64,000 nucleotides of DNA from an uncultured bacterium (lineage in GTDB: Bacteria > Zixibacteria > MSB-5A5 > UBA10806): NCBI GenBank assembly GCA_965541585.1, contig CBEUCH010000002.1, forward strand, positions 242,574 to 306,573. Direction: 5' to 3'. Within the stretch, counting starts at the first letter, position 1; every line of letters begins with the position of its first letter. The translations under genes and the position numbers were made by a program. The notes beneath the pieces were generated by a model. It was not told the origin of the DNA. It made no database searches and worked only from the letters and a program-made list of their open reading frames with translations. Below are positions 10,600 to 21,359 of the stretch, piece after piece.

Positions 10600-10784
10600 G
10601 GTTGTGAGCCGCCTGTTCGACTCTTGATGAGATTGGACAGATAAGAAGGATAAATTGGGATACGGATTTTAGTTAGGTTTCTAACGATGCTATCAATCCC
10701 AGATTACCTTTGAAAAATAGGACCAACCTAATGGCTCAGGCAAGACTTTGTATGTATAAAGCCAGGCGGTTATGTTGTTTTTAC

Positions 10785-13214
10785 TTACAGGCTCCACCAG
10801 TAACTGGCTTTTACAAGGAAGACATTCTCCGAATTGCCAGAGAACAGCCGATCGAGATCGCGGGAGAAATCGAGATCATTGAGATTGTCATCACCCTCTG
10901 ACATTGCCCTGGTCCATACAAGGTAGAGCGTGCTGCCCGGCATATATTCCCAGCGGATTATAAAGGTCGAATTCAGTGCGGCGTAGTTGAAATCGTGCTC
11001 ATCGACATCATATGGCTCGTAATTTTCGCCGCTGATGTATCGCCGGTAATTTTGATAATTGATTCCGGATATATACCCCTGGCCCGATATCTGGCAGGAC
11101 AGATCGCGGGTCAACATGACACTTGCAGTTAATCTCAACTCCAACTCATCCTGGTCCATATCGGCAAAGATTGAATTATCATCGACGTTTTCCACCCATA
11201 TAGCCGTTCCAAAGGTTCTTATGTAATTCGTACCTATGGAGAATTCCATGTTGCTTGCGGGACGATACTCCACGCCAATCCAGTTAGCCCACCAGGAGCC
11301 ATAGCGACTTTGCCCGCTGCCAGGATTAAGATTGAAGGATATCTTTTTGCGTTCGTCCGTATTTAAAGACGCCCACCAGCCCCATGAGGACGGTCTCTTC
11401 CAGACACCGTTATCACGAGTCTCCCGATCGTCGTACTCCGCCAGTTGCATGTTGAAGCCGCCGCCAAGCGTCCAGTTATTAAGGAACTCGAAGAAGCTAT
11501 TTACATTCCAGCCCTTATTTATATTATAGCCATCGAAATTCCAGTCGGCATAGGTATTGAAATTATTCCAGGTGTTGCGGAAAATCCACCAATCATCGTT
11601 GGTGCGGTACTGCACCCAGAACCAGCCGCCCCGTTCATCATTTCGGCTCAGAAAGCCGAGGCGGTTCAGATCGAGATGTTTGTCTTTTATATTCATTCCG
11701 ATCGAGCCACGGATATGATCTCCGGCCTCCTTTTCAAATTCGCCGTCGAAACCATACCCGACATTTTCATCGTCCACGCGGCTGAAAACGGCCTGTCCGC
11801 TCATACCCCATTTACCGTTCTTGGTTAGCAAATTCCAGTCAACGCCGCCCGTTGTGACAGGATTTCTTTCATTCTGGGCGGCCAGTGTAACCATCCCGCC
11901 GAAATTCGAGTTTGAGAGAACATCCTGCTGCAAGCGGAATACAGAATAGTTGGCAGCTGGTTCGACCATTCCATCAAGGTCACCGCCGGAGAGATTAGCG
12001 TACTTTGCTTTCTCCTCCTGTGTGACTGTATTAAGAAAAGCAATTGAGGTACCGCTGCTCAGCTTGCCGGTCAACTTGGCGGCGCCCAGTATTGTTGTGG
12101 ATTTGGGATAATGAGTGTAATAGTCAAAGTCCGGATCATAGTGGTCGTTGTCCTCGTTATCGATATCGCCACGAGGTGGTCGCCCGATTCGGCGCGAATA
12201 GAATAATCCGAAACGGGTATCGAAAAGATTGGCGCCCTCGACGAAGAACGGTCTTTTTTCCTCGTAATAGGTCTCGTAAGTTGAAAGGTTCAACACCGGG
12301 CGGTCAAGCTCCACCTGGCCGAAATCGGGATTGATGGCGGCGTCCAGGATAAGATTCGATGACAAGCCATACTTAACATCGAACCCGGTATTTTTCATAT
12401 AATCCCGACCGTCGGGATTGCCCTGGTCCTTTGGCTGGGTTTCCAACCCGGAGACGGCATAAGGTAGGATTTCCAGTTGCCGTGCCGGCTTGATGCCGGT
12501 AAGGCCGGTGAGATGTCCGAAACGGGAAACAAAGCCGCCCTCGGACGACGGAGAAAACGCCCACCAGGGCGATTCGACTCTCCGGCTGATATAACGAGTG
12601 ACATTCATTCCCCACGTATGTTCATCTTTCTCCGTGAATCGCAGGCAGTGGTAAGGAATGCGAAGCTCGGCCGACCACCCCCACGGTTGAGACTTGACTG
12701 CAGATTCCCAGACACCGTCCCAGGAATAATCCTGCCAGTCGTCATTATATAAACGGCAATCACGCTGGACACCGGCAGCGCTTACGTCAAACTTGTAACC
12801 GGTCTGATGGTCATGATAAGGATCTAAACGGACCGTTACGACATCCGATTCGCCCCAGCGGTCGCGTCGGACAAGCTGCCGGTCGATTTTATCCGGTTCA
12901 GCGTCAAAACACCAGAATGCAAAATATAAGGCTTCATCGTCATAGGCTATCGCCACCAGGGTCGATTCGGTGGCGGGCATTCCCTCGTCCGGTTCACGCT
13001 GTATAAAATCCCGGGCGAATTCAATCTGATCGCTTTTCCAGATCTTATCATCGAGACTTCCATCAATCGACGGTACCGCAGGGTTAATGCGAAGCGCCTT
13101 TATCTCCGGAACGATTCTTTCATCCGATGGATTATCATCCGCAAACGCCAGGTTGCTGCAGAAAAATATCAATGACAAAATCGATAGCCATAATAATCGA
13201 TATCTACATGTCAT
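10785..13214 (-). CDS. DUF5916 / CBM9-like domain outer-membrane protein
   Basis: Signal peptide; IDGSLDD..W, FIQREPDEG, GWSAELRIPY, INPDFGQVE, EKRPFFVEG and FYSRRIG motifs; C-terminal KASYWW. Confidence 0.85.
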   Translation of the reverse strand: MTCRYRLLWLSILSLIFFCSNLAFADDNPSDERIVPEIKALRINPAVPSIDGSLDDKIWKSDQIEFARDFIQREPDEGMPATESTLVAIAYDDEALYFAFWCFDAEPDKIDRQLVRRDRWGESDVVTVRLDPYHDHQTGYKFDVSAAGVQRDCRLYNDDWQDYSWDGVWESAVKSQPWGWSAELRIPYHCLRFTEKDEHTWGMNVTRYISRRVESPWWAFSPSSEGGFVSRFGHLTGLTGIKPARQLEILPYAVSGLETQPKDQGNPDGRDYMKNTGFDVKYGLSSNLILDAAINPDFGQVELDRPVLNLSTYETYYEEKRPFFVEGANLFDTRFGLFYSRRIGRPPRGDIDNEDNDHYDPDFDYYTHYPKSTTILGAAKLTGKLSSGTSIAFLNTVTQEEKAKYANLSGGDLDGMVEPAANYSVFRLQQDVLSNSNFGGMVTLAAQNERNPVTTGGVDWNLLTKNGKWGMSGQAVFSRVDDENVGYGFDGEFEKEAGDHIRGSIGMNIKDKHLDLNRLGFLSRNDERGGWFWVQYRTNDDWWIFRNTWNNFNTYADWNFDGYNINKGWNVNSFFEFLNNWTLGGGFNMQLAEYDDRETRDNGVWKRPSSWGWWASLNTDERKKISFNLNPGSGQSRYGSWWANWIGVEYRPASNMEFSIGTNYIRTFGTAIWVENVDDNSIFADMDQDELELRLTASVMLTRDLSCQISGQGYISGINYQNYRRYISGENYEPYDVDEHDFNYAALNSTFIIRWEYMPGSTLYLVWTRAMSEGDDNLNDLDFSRDLDRLFSGNSENVFLVKASYWWSL

Positions 13215-13526
13215 TTTGATCTCTCCCTCGCTGAAAGTTGACCGCCAACCATTTACTACACGTTATTTACGCAAATCGAAGCTGAAAGTTGCGTTTTTGG
13301 CAGCGAGCTTATGCATTGCCGGGGCGTTGCAAATGAATTGCGGGAAGGCCGATTGCGGCTGGCAGATCGGCAATATACGAGGTGGCAATGCTTGCTCGTC
13401 CGGCTTATATCGGCGCCCCCTCCGGTTCCAGCAATACATCAACCACAATACTGGAGCCAGCTAAGGAAAGGCAGATTACCCCTCCTATCCACAATTCGCC
13501 TCACCCCTGGAAGGCCTCAGGCCCCA

Positions 13527-13703
13527 TCATTTGAGGATAAATCCTCCATACGCCAGGAAATTACTGCCCGTAGTCGTGAGGATAAAGCTCCGTATATCCA
13601 TATCTGTGCTCGGCGGTTTCATGTCGGTGCAAATCTTCACATTCCCGACTACGAAGCACTCGTCAGCGAAGGCTGAGTTGCCTGCAGCCGCTATTTTTAG
13701 CAT
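13527..13703 (-). CDS. Putative small protein (58 aa) or gene remnant
   Basis: Strong Shine-Dalgarno AAAGGAGGTGA ahead of ATG at 13703; translation MLKIAAAGNSAFADECFVVGNVKICTDMKPPSTDMDIRSFILTTTGSNFLAYGGFILK*; no recognised family. Confidence 0.4.
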   Translation of the reverse strand: MLKIAAAGNSAFADECFVVGNVKICTDMKPPSTDMDIRSFILTTTGSNFLAYGGFILK

Positions 13704-14251
13704 CTGTACTCACCTCCTTTCATCAGGCCGCTCTACGGCCATTCTGCATATTAGTATATGCACATATATCTATATTTTTTTCACGAAAACGCACATTTTC
13801 TGAATTTTTTGCCAAGGGCTTCTATGATTCGCTGTTTAACATTAGCTTGAGATTGCGGGGAAGTACCTCATACCTCTATATGGTTTGTCAAAATCGCACT
13901 ATGCGGGCCGATTGCTCGAGGATTCAAAACGGGTGAGAGGCCTCCATGATCGGTGGTATCGGGATCTCTAATTCAAAATAGATAAAACTTTGTTGAAAAT
14001 GGGAACCATTTTCATAAATGTCATGTTTCAACTTCCATGCGGCATCTATCATCGTCAGGCGGATACACCCTGAGAGCTTGTATCCAGAATCAGACGAAGG
14101 GAGAACGCCAGTGAAAAGCCAGATCGCTTTCCAGGCAGGGCACTTCCTTCGCAGGTTTCACGCGTTGAATGATTCAATCATAATTTTCAGGCTAGCGGAA
14201 AACTCTTTTTGAGGAATTCCTAACAGATCAACTTAAAATCTTGGAGGAACT

Positions 14252-14536
14252 ATGCCATTCGTAAGGGTCCAACACAGGGTTCAGGATTATGATACCTGGA
14301 AAGAGGTGTTTGACGGTTTTCACGCAACCCGTAAATCGGGGGGCGAAAAATCGTTCCAGATCTTGCACACGGAAGACGATCCCAACAACTTGAGCTTGAT
14401 GTTCGAGTGGGACAACGCCGAAAACGCTCACTCCTTTATGACATCGTCAAAATTGAAAAATACGATGAAGGAGGCCGGCGTATTGGAGCATCCGCGGATC
14501 GATTTTCTAAATGAGATCGACAAGGGAAAGCTGTAA
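14252..14536 (+). CDS. Small ABM-like (dimeric alpha/beta barrel, 'cyclase' family) protein
   Basis: VQHRVQDYDTWKEVFD...DDPNN...FEWD...MKEAGV pattern; GGAGGA RBS. Confidence 0.75.
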   Translation: MPFVRVQHRVQDYDTWKEVFDGFHATRKSGGEKSFQILHTEDDPNNLSLMFEWDNAENAHSFMTSSKLKNTMKEAGVLEHPRIDFLNEIDKGKL

Positions 14537-14655
14537 ACGGCCAGCAGAAAAAGGACTAAGGTCTCCGGTTTGTCGAGTAAGGTGCGAAAGGCAACCTGAG
14601 AACGATCAATCTGCATGAAGCAAGATTGATTACAGAACAGTAATGAAAGGAGAAC

Positions 14656-15414
14656 GTGACCATGCAAAAGATTAAAAGTCCGATCGCCACGATGCTTACC
14701 GGGTTGCTGATTACTCTTTCGGCGATGTCGACTTCATTTGCTCAACTGCCCGACCCGGGTATGTCTATCGATCCTGAGCGAACCGCCCTGGTGATAACCG
14801 ATCCTCAGAACGACTTCCTCAGTCCGAATGGGGTCACATGGGGTGTCGTGGGCAAGAGCGTAACTGAAAACAACACCGTTGCCAACATCGAGCGGCTGCT
14901 TAGAGCGGCTAAGCAATCCGACATTCCGGTCTTCGTCTCGCCGCACTACTATTATCCCACGGATCACGGCTGGAAGTTCGAAGGCGCCCTGGAAGTGTTG
15001 ATGCATAATTTAGGGATGTTTGACCGCAAAGGGCCGCTTACCCTTGAAGGATTTGAAAACTCCGGAGCCGATTGGCTCGCCCGCTACAAGAAGTATATTG
15101 AGGATGGTCGGACGGTTGTAGTCAGTCCCCACAAGGTCTATGGTCCGGAGACTAACGACCTCAGGCTCCAGCTGCGCAAACGTGGAATTGACAAAGTCAT
15201 TCTCGCCGGGATGTCCGCAAACCTGTGCGTTGAATCTCACCTCCGCGAACTGCTCGAGCAGGGCTTCGAGGTTGCAGTCGTCAATGATGCTACTGCCGCA
15301 GCCATAGTGCCGGAAGGAGATGGATACAAAGCCGCGCTGGTTAACTTCCGTTTTCTGGCAAATGACGTCTGGACCACCGATGAGGCGTTACAGAAAATAA
15401 AGACGTCTAATTAG
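14656..15414 (+). CDS. Isochorismatase-family cysteine hydrolase with signal peptide
   Basis: TALVITDPQNDF, HKVY and GMSANLCVES (Asp-Lys-Cys triad); N-terminal signal peptide. Confidence 0.9.
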   Translation: MTMQKIKSPIATMLTGLLITLSAMSTSFAQLPDPGMSIDPERTALVITDPQNDFLSPNGVTWGVVGKSVTENNTVANIERLLRAAKQSDIPVFVSPHYYYPTDHGWKFEGALEVLMHNLGMFDRKGPLTLEGFENSGADWLARYKKYIEDGRTVVVSPHKVYGPETNDLRLQLRKRGIDKVILAGMSANLCVESHLRELLEQGFEVAVVNDATAAAIVPEGDGYKAALVNFRFLANDVWTTDEALQKIKTSN

Positions 15415-15436
15415 GAGTTGCGATCGTTGCGATATC

Positions 15437-15468
15437 GAAACGAGCTCCTGACGGGGGCTCGTTTCTCT
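15437..15468 (+). terminator. Hairpin, probable intrinsic terminator
   Basis: GAAACGAGCTCC-tgacg-GGGGCTCGTTTC stem after the hydrolase gene; U-tract weak. Confidence 0.55.
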
Positions 15469-15538
15469 CACAGGTAGTTGTTTTTGCAGAGGCTCAGGCT
15501 CTCTGCGGGCAAAAATTCAGAAAAGAAAGGAATTAAAG

Positions 15539-15934
15539 ATGAACAGGCAACAAGTTTACGACGACATAAAAGAGATGTTCGGGGTGGTTCCCGGCTTTCT
15601 TAAGGCGATTCCCGATTCATCCCTGGAAATGGAATGGAATCTATTTAAGCGCGTGCAATTCGATGAGGGGCCGATTCCCAATAAGTATCGTGAGTTGATG
15701 GGCCTTGCCATCGCGGCCGTCACCAAGTGCCGCTATTGTGCCTTCTTCCATACCGAGACGGCCAGAATCAACGGCGCCACCGATGCTGAGATCGAAGACG
15801 CAGTGCACTTTGCAAAATCCAGCGCGGGATGGAGCGCGTACATTAACGGCTTGCAGACAGAATTCGAGCAATTCAAGGACGAGGTTCTTCAAATTTGTGA
15901 ACACGTCCGGTCATTGCAGGCTGTAGAGGCATAA
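15539..15934 (+). CDS. Carboxymuconolactone decarboxylase / AhpD-family protein
   Basis: KYRELMGLAIAAVTKCRYCAFFH...GATDAEI (CxxC plus His). Confidence 0.9.
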   Translation: MNRQQVYDDIKEMFGVVPGFLKAIPDSSLEMEWNLFKRVQFDEGPIPNKYRELMGLAIAAVTKCRYCAFFHTETARINGATDAEIEDAVHFAKSSAGWSAYINGLQTEFEQFKDEVLQICEHVRSLQAVEA

Positions 15935-16159
15935 CCAGACATTGGCGAGGCTTGCGGGAACGAAAGATCTTCTCACAAGCCTCGGCGATTTTATCCGTCT
16001 CCATGCTACCAACGATCAGCGCGAACTGCGCAAGCCATACCACGGAGTGGCCATCAGGGTCTACCATTCCATCCGGGGTTTGCGAATCCATCTGTAATTC
16101 CCCTATGGCTTTGGTAGCCAGGGAGTTGTAAACGCGGCTATGACTGACGGGAGGATTTC

Positions 16160-16498
16160 ATGAAACTTTTCGACCGCCAAGAAAACGGCGCTACTGTACT
16201 TGAACTTAAGGGGAACATTAAGGGAGGCAAGGACGGAACCATTTTCTATGATAAGCTACAAGATCTAATTAAACAGAACAGGAAAAAGGTTGTGCTCGAT
16301 CTTTCGAAAGTCAACTGGATAAATTCCAGAGGCCTCGGCATCCTGATTGCCGGGCTGAAAATCATGCACCAGAACGACGGAGAGCTTAAACTGGCTGCGG
16401 TCGCGGAAAAGGTGAGATCCCTGATGGTATTGACAAAGCTGATAACAGTTTTTGAAGATTACAATACCGTCGAAGAGGCCATTGGAGCCTTCGAATAA
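16160..16498 (+). CDS. STAS-domain anti-sigma factor antagonist
   Basis: VVLDLSKVNWINSRGLGILI motif with the phospho-acceptor Ser. Confidence 0.92.
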   Translation: MKLFDRQENGATVLELKGNIKGGKDGTIFYDKLQDLIKQNRKKVVLDLSKVNWINSRGLGILIAGLKIMHQNDGELKLAAVAEKVRSLMVLTKLITVFEDYNTVEEAIGAFE

Positions 16499-16828
16499 CC
16501 GCCTTTTTGTCCTCTCCGGTTTTCGCGCCATTTTTTTATTCCAGCCGGCCTGAGAATCCTCAAACAATGCCGCAAGCTATAATAATAAACAGATTGAAAA
16601 ATAGATCCCTCGGGAAACTATATGTTAAGGAAGGACGTTTTAATCCAACGAATGAATCGGAAAACCATTAAGCTCGATACGGATGATATTAATCCCGGAG
16701 CGAATGATCCGTCAAAATAGCAGACATGTCTAAATGAAGTTGCAGACATATGAAAATTAATCTATATTTCATGCTCCATGGAGAAGGTAAGAATAGATGG
16801 CTTACCATGAAACCGCATTTGGGATGAC

Positions 16829-17683
16829 ATGAAAATTCTAAGTTTGATTCAGTTAACGAAGCCGTCAATAATGCTGCTGATCCTGGCAGCAGGCCTGACC
16901 GCTCTTTTTATGGAAGGAAGTATGATTTCGAATCCCGGTCGGGTTTTGGTCTTTTTGTCCGGCCTGTTCTTGACCGGCGGCTGCGCAAACGCTTTAAACC
17001 AGTATCTTGAACGAGACATCGATTCATTAATGCTGCGAACTTCCGGCCGACGACCGCTACCGCTTGGAAGAATATCCAATCATCAAGCGCTCTTTTTTGC
17101 AGTGGCCATCGGGATAAGCGGGATATTCATCCTGGGCGCAGTCTTTAACCTGTTAACAGCCTTATTGTCTCTGGGGACAATAATCTTCTATAGTTTCGTC
17201 TACACGTTATTATTAAAGCCGAATTCACGGCATAGCACAGTAATAGGCGGTGTTGCCGGCGCCATGGCGCCGGTGGGAGCCTGGACCGCAGCCACCGGCT
17301 CGATTGCGCTGACGCCGTGGATTCTGTTTTTGATTATTTTTTTCTGGACTCCGCCGCACTTCTGGTCGCTCGCTATCTGCTTTAAGGACGATTATAAGAG
17401 AGCCGGTTTGCCGATGTTGCCGGTTGTCAGAGGAGATGACGCGACCTTACGCCAGGTATTCTATTATACCCTGGTACTGGTGGCAATTAGCTTCACCCCA
17501 CTGCTGGTGAATTTCGGGTGGATATATCTTACAACGGCTATTATTCTCGGAACGACCTTTATATGGAAATCGTTTCAAGCCAGGAAGAATGGAGACCGAG
17601 AATCCGCCCGGGGTCTATTCAGGTTTTCGATTTTCTATTTGCTCTCCTTATTTCTGGCATTGATAAGCGAAACATTGATCTGA
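16829..17683 (+). CDS. ctaB: Protoheme IX farnesyltransferase (heme O synthase)
   Basis: LTKP, NQYLERDID..MLRT..RPLP, YTLLLK, FWTPPHFWSL motifs. Confidence 0.95.
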   Translation: MKILSLIQLTKPSIMLLILAAGLTALFMEGSMISNPGRVLVFLSGLFLTGGCANALNQYLERDIDSLMLRTSGRRPLPLGRISNHQALFFAVAIGISGIFILGAVFNLLTALLSLGTIIFYSFVYTLLLKPNSRHSTVIGGVAGAMAPVGAWTAATGSIALTPWILFLIIFFWTPPHFWSLAICFKDDYKRAGLPMLPVVRGDDATLRQVFYYTLVLVAISFTPLLVNFGWIYLTTAIILGTTFIWKSFQARKNGDRESARGLFRFSIFYLLSLFLALISETLI

Positions 17684-17708
17684 TCAGGGGCCGATAAAGG
17701 AAATACTG

Positions 17709-18356
17709 TTGGGACAGCTATTCCCGAAATGGACTAATAAGCTACCTGTCTATCTGGTCGCGGGTATAATATTCGTTCTGATAGCGGCGACTGCACTTAC
17801 ATGGTATTATTTTTCGCCATGGTATACCGATGTTGGTTATCGTCCCGCGCAGCCAGTTGCGTTCAGTCATAAGCTGCATGCTGATGATCTGGGTCTGGAC
17901 TGCCGGTATTGCCATAATTTTGTCGAATTCTCGGTGCACGCAAATATCCCGCCGACCCAGACCTGTATGAATTGTCACAAACTTATATTGCCCGACAGCG
18001 AAAAACTCTTAGCAATCAGGGAGAGCTGGAGCAAAAAATTGCCGGTGAAGTGGGTGCGCGTTCATAAATTGCCGGATTTCGCTTATTTCAATCATAGCGC
18101 ACATCTGAATGCGGGCGTAGGTTGCGCAAGCTGCCATGGCAATGTAGCGCAGATGGAGGTCGTCACGCAAAACCGGCCTCTAAGCATGTCGTGGTGTCTG
18201 GACTGTCATCGCGACCCGAGAATGCATCTGCGACAACGCTCGGAACTGACTGATATGAACTGGCTGCCACCTGCAGATCAACTCGTTTTTGCGGAAAAAG
18301 TGATGTTTGAGAAAAAAATAAATCCAACGGTTGATTGCTCGGGATGCCATCGATGA
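17709..18356 (+). CDS. actA: Alternative complex III pentaheme cytochrome c subunit
   Basis: N-terminal TM helix, QPVAFSHKLH, five CxxCH motifs (CRYCH, CMNCH, CASCH, CLDCH, CSGCH). Confidence 0.92.
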   Translation: MGQLFPKWTNKLPVYLVAGIIFVLIAATALTWYYFSPWYTDVGYRPAQPVAFSHKLHADDLGLDCRYCHNFVEFSVHANIPPTQTCMNCHKLILPDSEKLLAIRESWSKKLPVKWVRVHKLPDFAYFNHSAHLNAGVGCASCHGNVAQMEVVTQNRPLSMSWCLDCHRDPRMHLRQRSELTDMNWLPPADQLVFAEKVMFEKKINPTVDCSGCHR

Positions 18357-21331
18357 GCAAGGACATAAATTTGAACGGCAAAGAGTACTGGTTGAGTCTG
18401 GACCAGGCCAGAGGCCCGGAGGAATACAAGAGATATCTCCTCGAGCGATATCACGATGGCAATCATAAGACGCCGGATCATTTGAGTCGCCGTAACTTCT
18501 TAACCCTGATGGGCGCCTCTATAGCGCTGGCCTCGTTGTCGGGCTGCCGTCGCCCGGTTGAGAAAATAATTCCTTATGTGAATCAACCGGAGGGGGTGAT
18601 CCCCGGTGTCGCCCAACATTATGCCACCTCCATGCCGTCCGGCAATTCGGCCTATGGTCTAATTATCGAAAACCATGAAGGCAGACCGACAAAGATCGAG
18701 GGCAATCCTCTGCATCCATCGACTCTGGGCGCATCGAATGCTATGATCCAGGCGTCAATACTCGGTCTATACGATCCTGATCGATCAAAAGCGGTTAAAC
18801 ATAAGGGCGCTGACAGCAACTACGATGAATTCGTCAGTTTCTGGCGCGAAAAGATTGACGGCGTCAAGACCAATAAAGGTGACGGGCTCGTGATTCTGTC
18901 GGAGCCTTTCAGCTCCCCGACACTGGCCCGCTATAAAAGAGATATTATGAAAACATTTCCCGAGGCTGAATGGATAACCTGGGAACCGATCGGCGAAGAG
19001 AATATTTACAATGCGGTTAAAAACCTCTCCGGCAAATCGCTAAGGCCGGTATATCATTTTGACAGGGCTCGCGTAATACTGGCGCTCGACTCTGATTTCC
19101 TTAACGCCGAGGGCGAAAACATAAGAGCCGCGAGAGGATTCGCCGACGGCCGACGTCTGGACAATTCCAATAACAGTATGAACCGGCTTTATGCGGTTGA
19201 GAACGCATTCTCGATTACAGGCGGGATGGCCGATCACCGCCTGCGGGTGCGAAGCGGCGATATCGGAGGATTTGTAATCTCTCTGGCACAAACGCTTAAA
19301 CAACTCGGTTTAAGGTTGGGTGATATCTCTGGTCAAAACAACCACAACTTCGATGAAAAGTGGCTGGAGGCTCTGGCAAGAGATTTGATTCAATCCAGAG
19401 GCAAGAGCCTGTTGGCGGCAGGTAATCGTCAACCGGCGTGGGTTCACGAACTTGTGCTCTTATTAAACGATGCCCTGGGCAATTTCGGTCAGACAATAGA
19501 CTTCGTGAAATTAGAGGATTTGTCTGTACCGGATAGTGATGACTTGCGGAATCTCGTGGATCAGATGTCAAACGGCGAAATCAATACCCTGGTCATCCTT
19601 GGAGGCAATCCGGTTTACGACGCTTTCGAGGACTTGAATTTCAAAGATGCGCTACAGCATGTCGATCATACGGTTCATTTCAGCGAATATCCGGATGAAA
19701 CATCGCGCCATGTCGAATGGCACATTCCAAGGGCGCACTTTCTTGAAAGCTGGGGGGATGTTCGCTCTGCTGACGGTACCATCGGTGTAGTTCAGCCGAT
19801 GATCGAACCGTTGTTCGATGGACATTCCGATAGCGAGTTTTATGCGCTTCTCTCGACGGGCAGAGATAGACGGGGTTATGATATAGTCCGCGAGACATGG
19901 AAGAAGCTAATTAACGGCGGTGATTTTGAGAAGGAGTGGCGACGGGTTCTACACGATGGTTTACTCGAAGGTAGTTCTTCATCAAATTTAAAAATCAAAT
20001 TGAAAAAAAACGTCAGAGATATAGTGAAAACTGCGGGCATAGGAAACGAGACAGCCTCGACTGATAATCTCGAGATAAACTTCTACCCATCGCAGCTGTA
20101 TGATGGCCGCTATGCCAATAACGGCTGGCTTCAAGAGTTGCCCGACCCGGTCAGTAAGATCTCCTGGGATAACGCTGCCATGATCAGCCCTGAAACCGCT
20201 GATGAACTCAGGCTTGAAAACGGCGACGTCGTTCGGGTCGAATATGATGGCCGTATTCTGGAGATGCCGGTTTGGATCTCTCCGGGCCAGGCTGCTTATA
20301 CAATCGGTCTGGCGTTAGGCTATGGACGTGAGCAGGCGGGACAGGTGGCCAGGGGCGTTGGTTTCAATACATACAGATTGAGAACAACAAAAATATGTCA
20401 TTTCGGCAATGGCGCCAAATTGACCGGGACGGACAAGACCTACGAACTGGCCAATACGCAGGACCATAACAGCATGGAGGGCAGGCCGATTATCCGCGAA
20501 GCCACTCTTGAGGAATACCTGGTGAATCCGGAATTCGCGGCGGAGATGGTAGAGCATCCGCCGCTAAAATCTATATACGGGGACCATGATTACAGCCATG
20601 GCTATCAATGGGGCATGGTGATCGATTTGAATACCTGTATCGGCTGTAATGCCTGTACGATCGCCTGCCAGAGCGAGAATAATATTCCCATAGTCGGCAA
20701 GGAACAGGTGGTAAAAGGCCGGGAGATGCATTGGATTCGCAACGACCGTTACTACACCGGCGATGCTGTTGAGCCGGAAATGGTTCATATGCCGGTAGCC
20801 TGTCAGCATTGCGAGAATGCCCCCTGTGAGTCCGTTTGCCCGGTGGCGGCAACGCTCCACGATAAAGAGGGCATAAACGTGATGACCTATAACCGATGCA
20901 TAGGCACGCGCTACTGCTCCAATAACTGCCCGTACAAGGTCCGGCGGTTCAATTTCTTCAACTATACTAAGGACAAGAACGAGGTTGAGAAAATGAGCCA
21001 GAACCCGGATGTAACAGTTAGATCGCGCGGGGTCATGGAGAAATGCTCGTTCTGTATACAGCGGATCAACAGGGCAAAAATAAAAGCCAAAGGCGAGGGC
21101 CGCACGGTCGCCGACGGTGAGATCATAGCCGCCTGCCAGCAGGCCTGCCCGACTCAGGCTATCCAGTTCGGTAATATAAACGATCCCGAAAGCAAAGTAT
21201 CAAAGCAGAAACGAATAAATCGAAATTATGAGCTTCTGGCAGAATTGAATATCCGCCCCAGAAATTCATACCTCGCAAAGATCAGAAATCCGAATCCCGA
21301 ATTAACAAAATATAAATCCCGAGAAAGTTGA
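18353..21331 (+). CDS. actB: Alternative complex III subunit B (TAT-exported molybdopterin-oxidoreductase-like domain plus Fe-S domain)
   Basis: [10 protein letters not shown] twin-arginine motif; [39 protein letters not shown] and MEKCSFC motifs. Confidence 0.95.
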   Translation: MSKDINLNGKEYWLSLDQARGPEEYKRYLLERYHDGNHKTPDHLSRRNFLTLMGASIALASLSGCRRPVEKIIPYVNQPEGVIPGVAQHYATSMPSGNSAYGLIIENHEGRPTKIEGNPLHPSTLGASNAMIQASILGLYDPDRSKAVKHKGADSNYDEFVSFWREKIDGVKTNKGDGLVILSEPFSSPTLARYKRDIMKTFPEAEWITWEPIGEENIYNAVKNLSGKSLRPVYHFDRARVILALDSDFLNAEGENIRAARGFADGRRLDNSNNSMNRLYAVENAFSITGGMADHRLRVRSGDIGGFVISLAQTLKQLGLRLGDISGQNNHNFDEKWLEALARDLIQSRGKSLLAAGNRQPAWVHELVLLLNDALGNFGQTIDFVKLEDLSVPDSDDLRNLVDQMSNGEINTLVILGGNPVYDAFEDLNFKDALQHVDHTVHFSEYPDETSRHVEWHIPRAHFLESWGDVRSADGTIGVVQPMIEPLFDGHSDSEFYALLSTGRDRRGYDIVRETWKKLINGGDFEKEWRRVLHDGLLEGSSSSNLKIKLKKNVRDIVKTAGIGNETASTDNLEINFYPSQLYDGRYANNGWLQELPDPVSKISWDNAAMISPETADELRLENGDVVRVEYDGRILEMPVWISPGQAAYTIGLALGYGREQAGQVARGVGFNTYRLRTTKICHFGNGAKLTGTDKTYELANTQDHNSMEGRPIIREATLEEYLVNPEFAAEMVEHPPLKSIYGDHDYSHGYQWGMVIDLNTCIGCNACTIACQSENNIPIVGKEQVVKGREMHWIRNDRYYTGDAVEPEMVHMPVACQHCENAPCESVCPVAATLHDKEGINVMTYNRCIGTRYCSNNCPYKVRRFNFFNYTKDKNEVEKMSQNPDVTVRSRGVMEKCSFCIQRINRAKIKAKGEGRTVADGEIIAACQQACPTQAIQFGNINDPESKVSKQKRINRNYELLAELNIRPRNSYLAKIRNPNPELTKYKSRES

Positions 21332-21359
21332 ATGGTTATCAGGCGTTGGTTGCCAGAAT

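Noticed and set aside
13087..13803. Plus-strand ORFs 13087-13464, 13311-13676 and 13531-13803
   Set aside because: No RBS or family motifs, mutually overlapping, low-complexity translations
16020..16130. c-di-GMP-I (GEMM) riboswitch
   Set aside because: Scattered similar words (CGCAAGCCAT, GGGTCTA, TAGCCAGG) but no GGCAAA/GNRA-capped stem at the proper spacing; kept only as an unassigned structure
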